Source of the DNA: Rhodospirillaceae bacterium | Lineage (GTDB): Bacteria > Pseudomonadota > Alphaproteobacteria > Rhodospirillales > Rhodospirillaceae | DNA length: 40,018 bases | Direction of reading: 5' to 3' | Assembly (NCBI GenBank): GCA_016793005.1 | Contig: JAEUKL010000043.1 | Location: 1-40,018, forward strand | Shown: positions 39,811 through 40,018 of the stretch, piece after piece | Layout of the letters: the number at the start of each line of letters is the position of its first letter | Position numbering within the stretch: the first letter of the stretch is position 1 | Position numbers and translations under genes: made by a program | The notes under the pieces: generated by a model | The model's database searches: none | Told to the model about the DNA's origin: nothing | Seen by the model: the letters and a program-made list of their open reading frames with translations, nothing else

Positions 39811-40018
39811 GGTGTTCTCCAAGCGCTTATGCGTCGTCGCAGATCAGATGGCCTTTAGAGTATCGGCGCTTGGTGGCGCGGCTGTCCATGCGCACCCACA
39901 ACGCTTTCACCACATGATCTTTGTTTTCGGCTTTAACATTACGCCGGTCGCCACACGCTCGCTGTGGCCTTCGAGGCTGGGGTGAATCGCGCGTCATCGC
40001 GCCGGAGAATCGGGGCCG

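Noticed and set aside
39827-40018. Partial minus-strand CDS ending at TAA 39829-39827
   Set aside because: The last ~30 codons look protein-like, but the upstream part in the same frame is Arg/Pro-rich nonsense and another frame looks better. I could not phase it confidently or name a family, so it is not listed as a feature and is mentioned under the methyltransferase finding.

Overview
High-GC chromosomal segment of alphaproteobacterial type, mostly housekeeping genes in classic synteny blocks. These are cinA-like/mutT/argJ divergent from secA; dapF-mtaB-ftsY (coupled by ATGA stop/start overlaps) divergent from ffh-rpsP-rimM-trmD-rplS-leuC-leuD-leuB; then asd. The first ~13.7 kb and the last ~6 kb are more accessory. 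The left part holds a GDSL-esterase autotransporter, an aldehyde dehydrogenase, and an Hsp20 gene behind a ROSE-like RNA thermometer. It also holds an OGFr-like protein, an iodotyrosine-deiodinase-like nitroreductase, an orphan OmpR-type response regulator beside a decayed LOV sensor gene, DUF885, and a Tat-signal KatG. An AT-rich islet carries a PhyH-type dioxygenase next to tRNA-Leu(TAA) and two hairpin repeats. The right part holds an exostosin-like glycosyltransferase, LysE, a CitE/LLM/VOC cluster, and a methyltransferase with a small partner ORF at the window edge. I found no CRISPR array, transposase, integrase, rRNA or recognisable defence cassette, and I cannot point to a convincing multi-gene novel system. 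The best leads are the decayed LOV/response-regulator locus, the tRNA-Leu islet with its hairpin repeats, the methyltransferase operon cut by the window edge, the small ORF between leuC and leuD, and the Tat-type leader on KatG. All family calls come from motif recognition by eye and memory; no searches were run.
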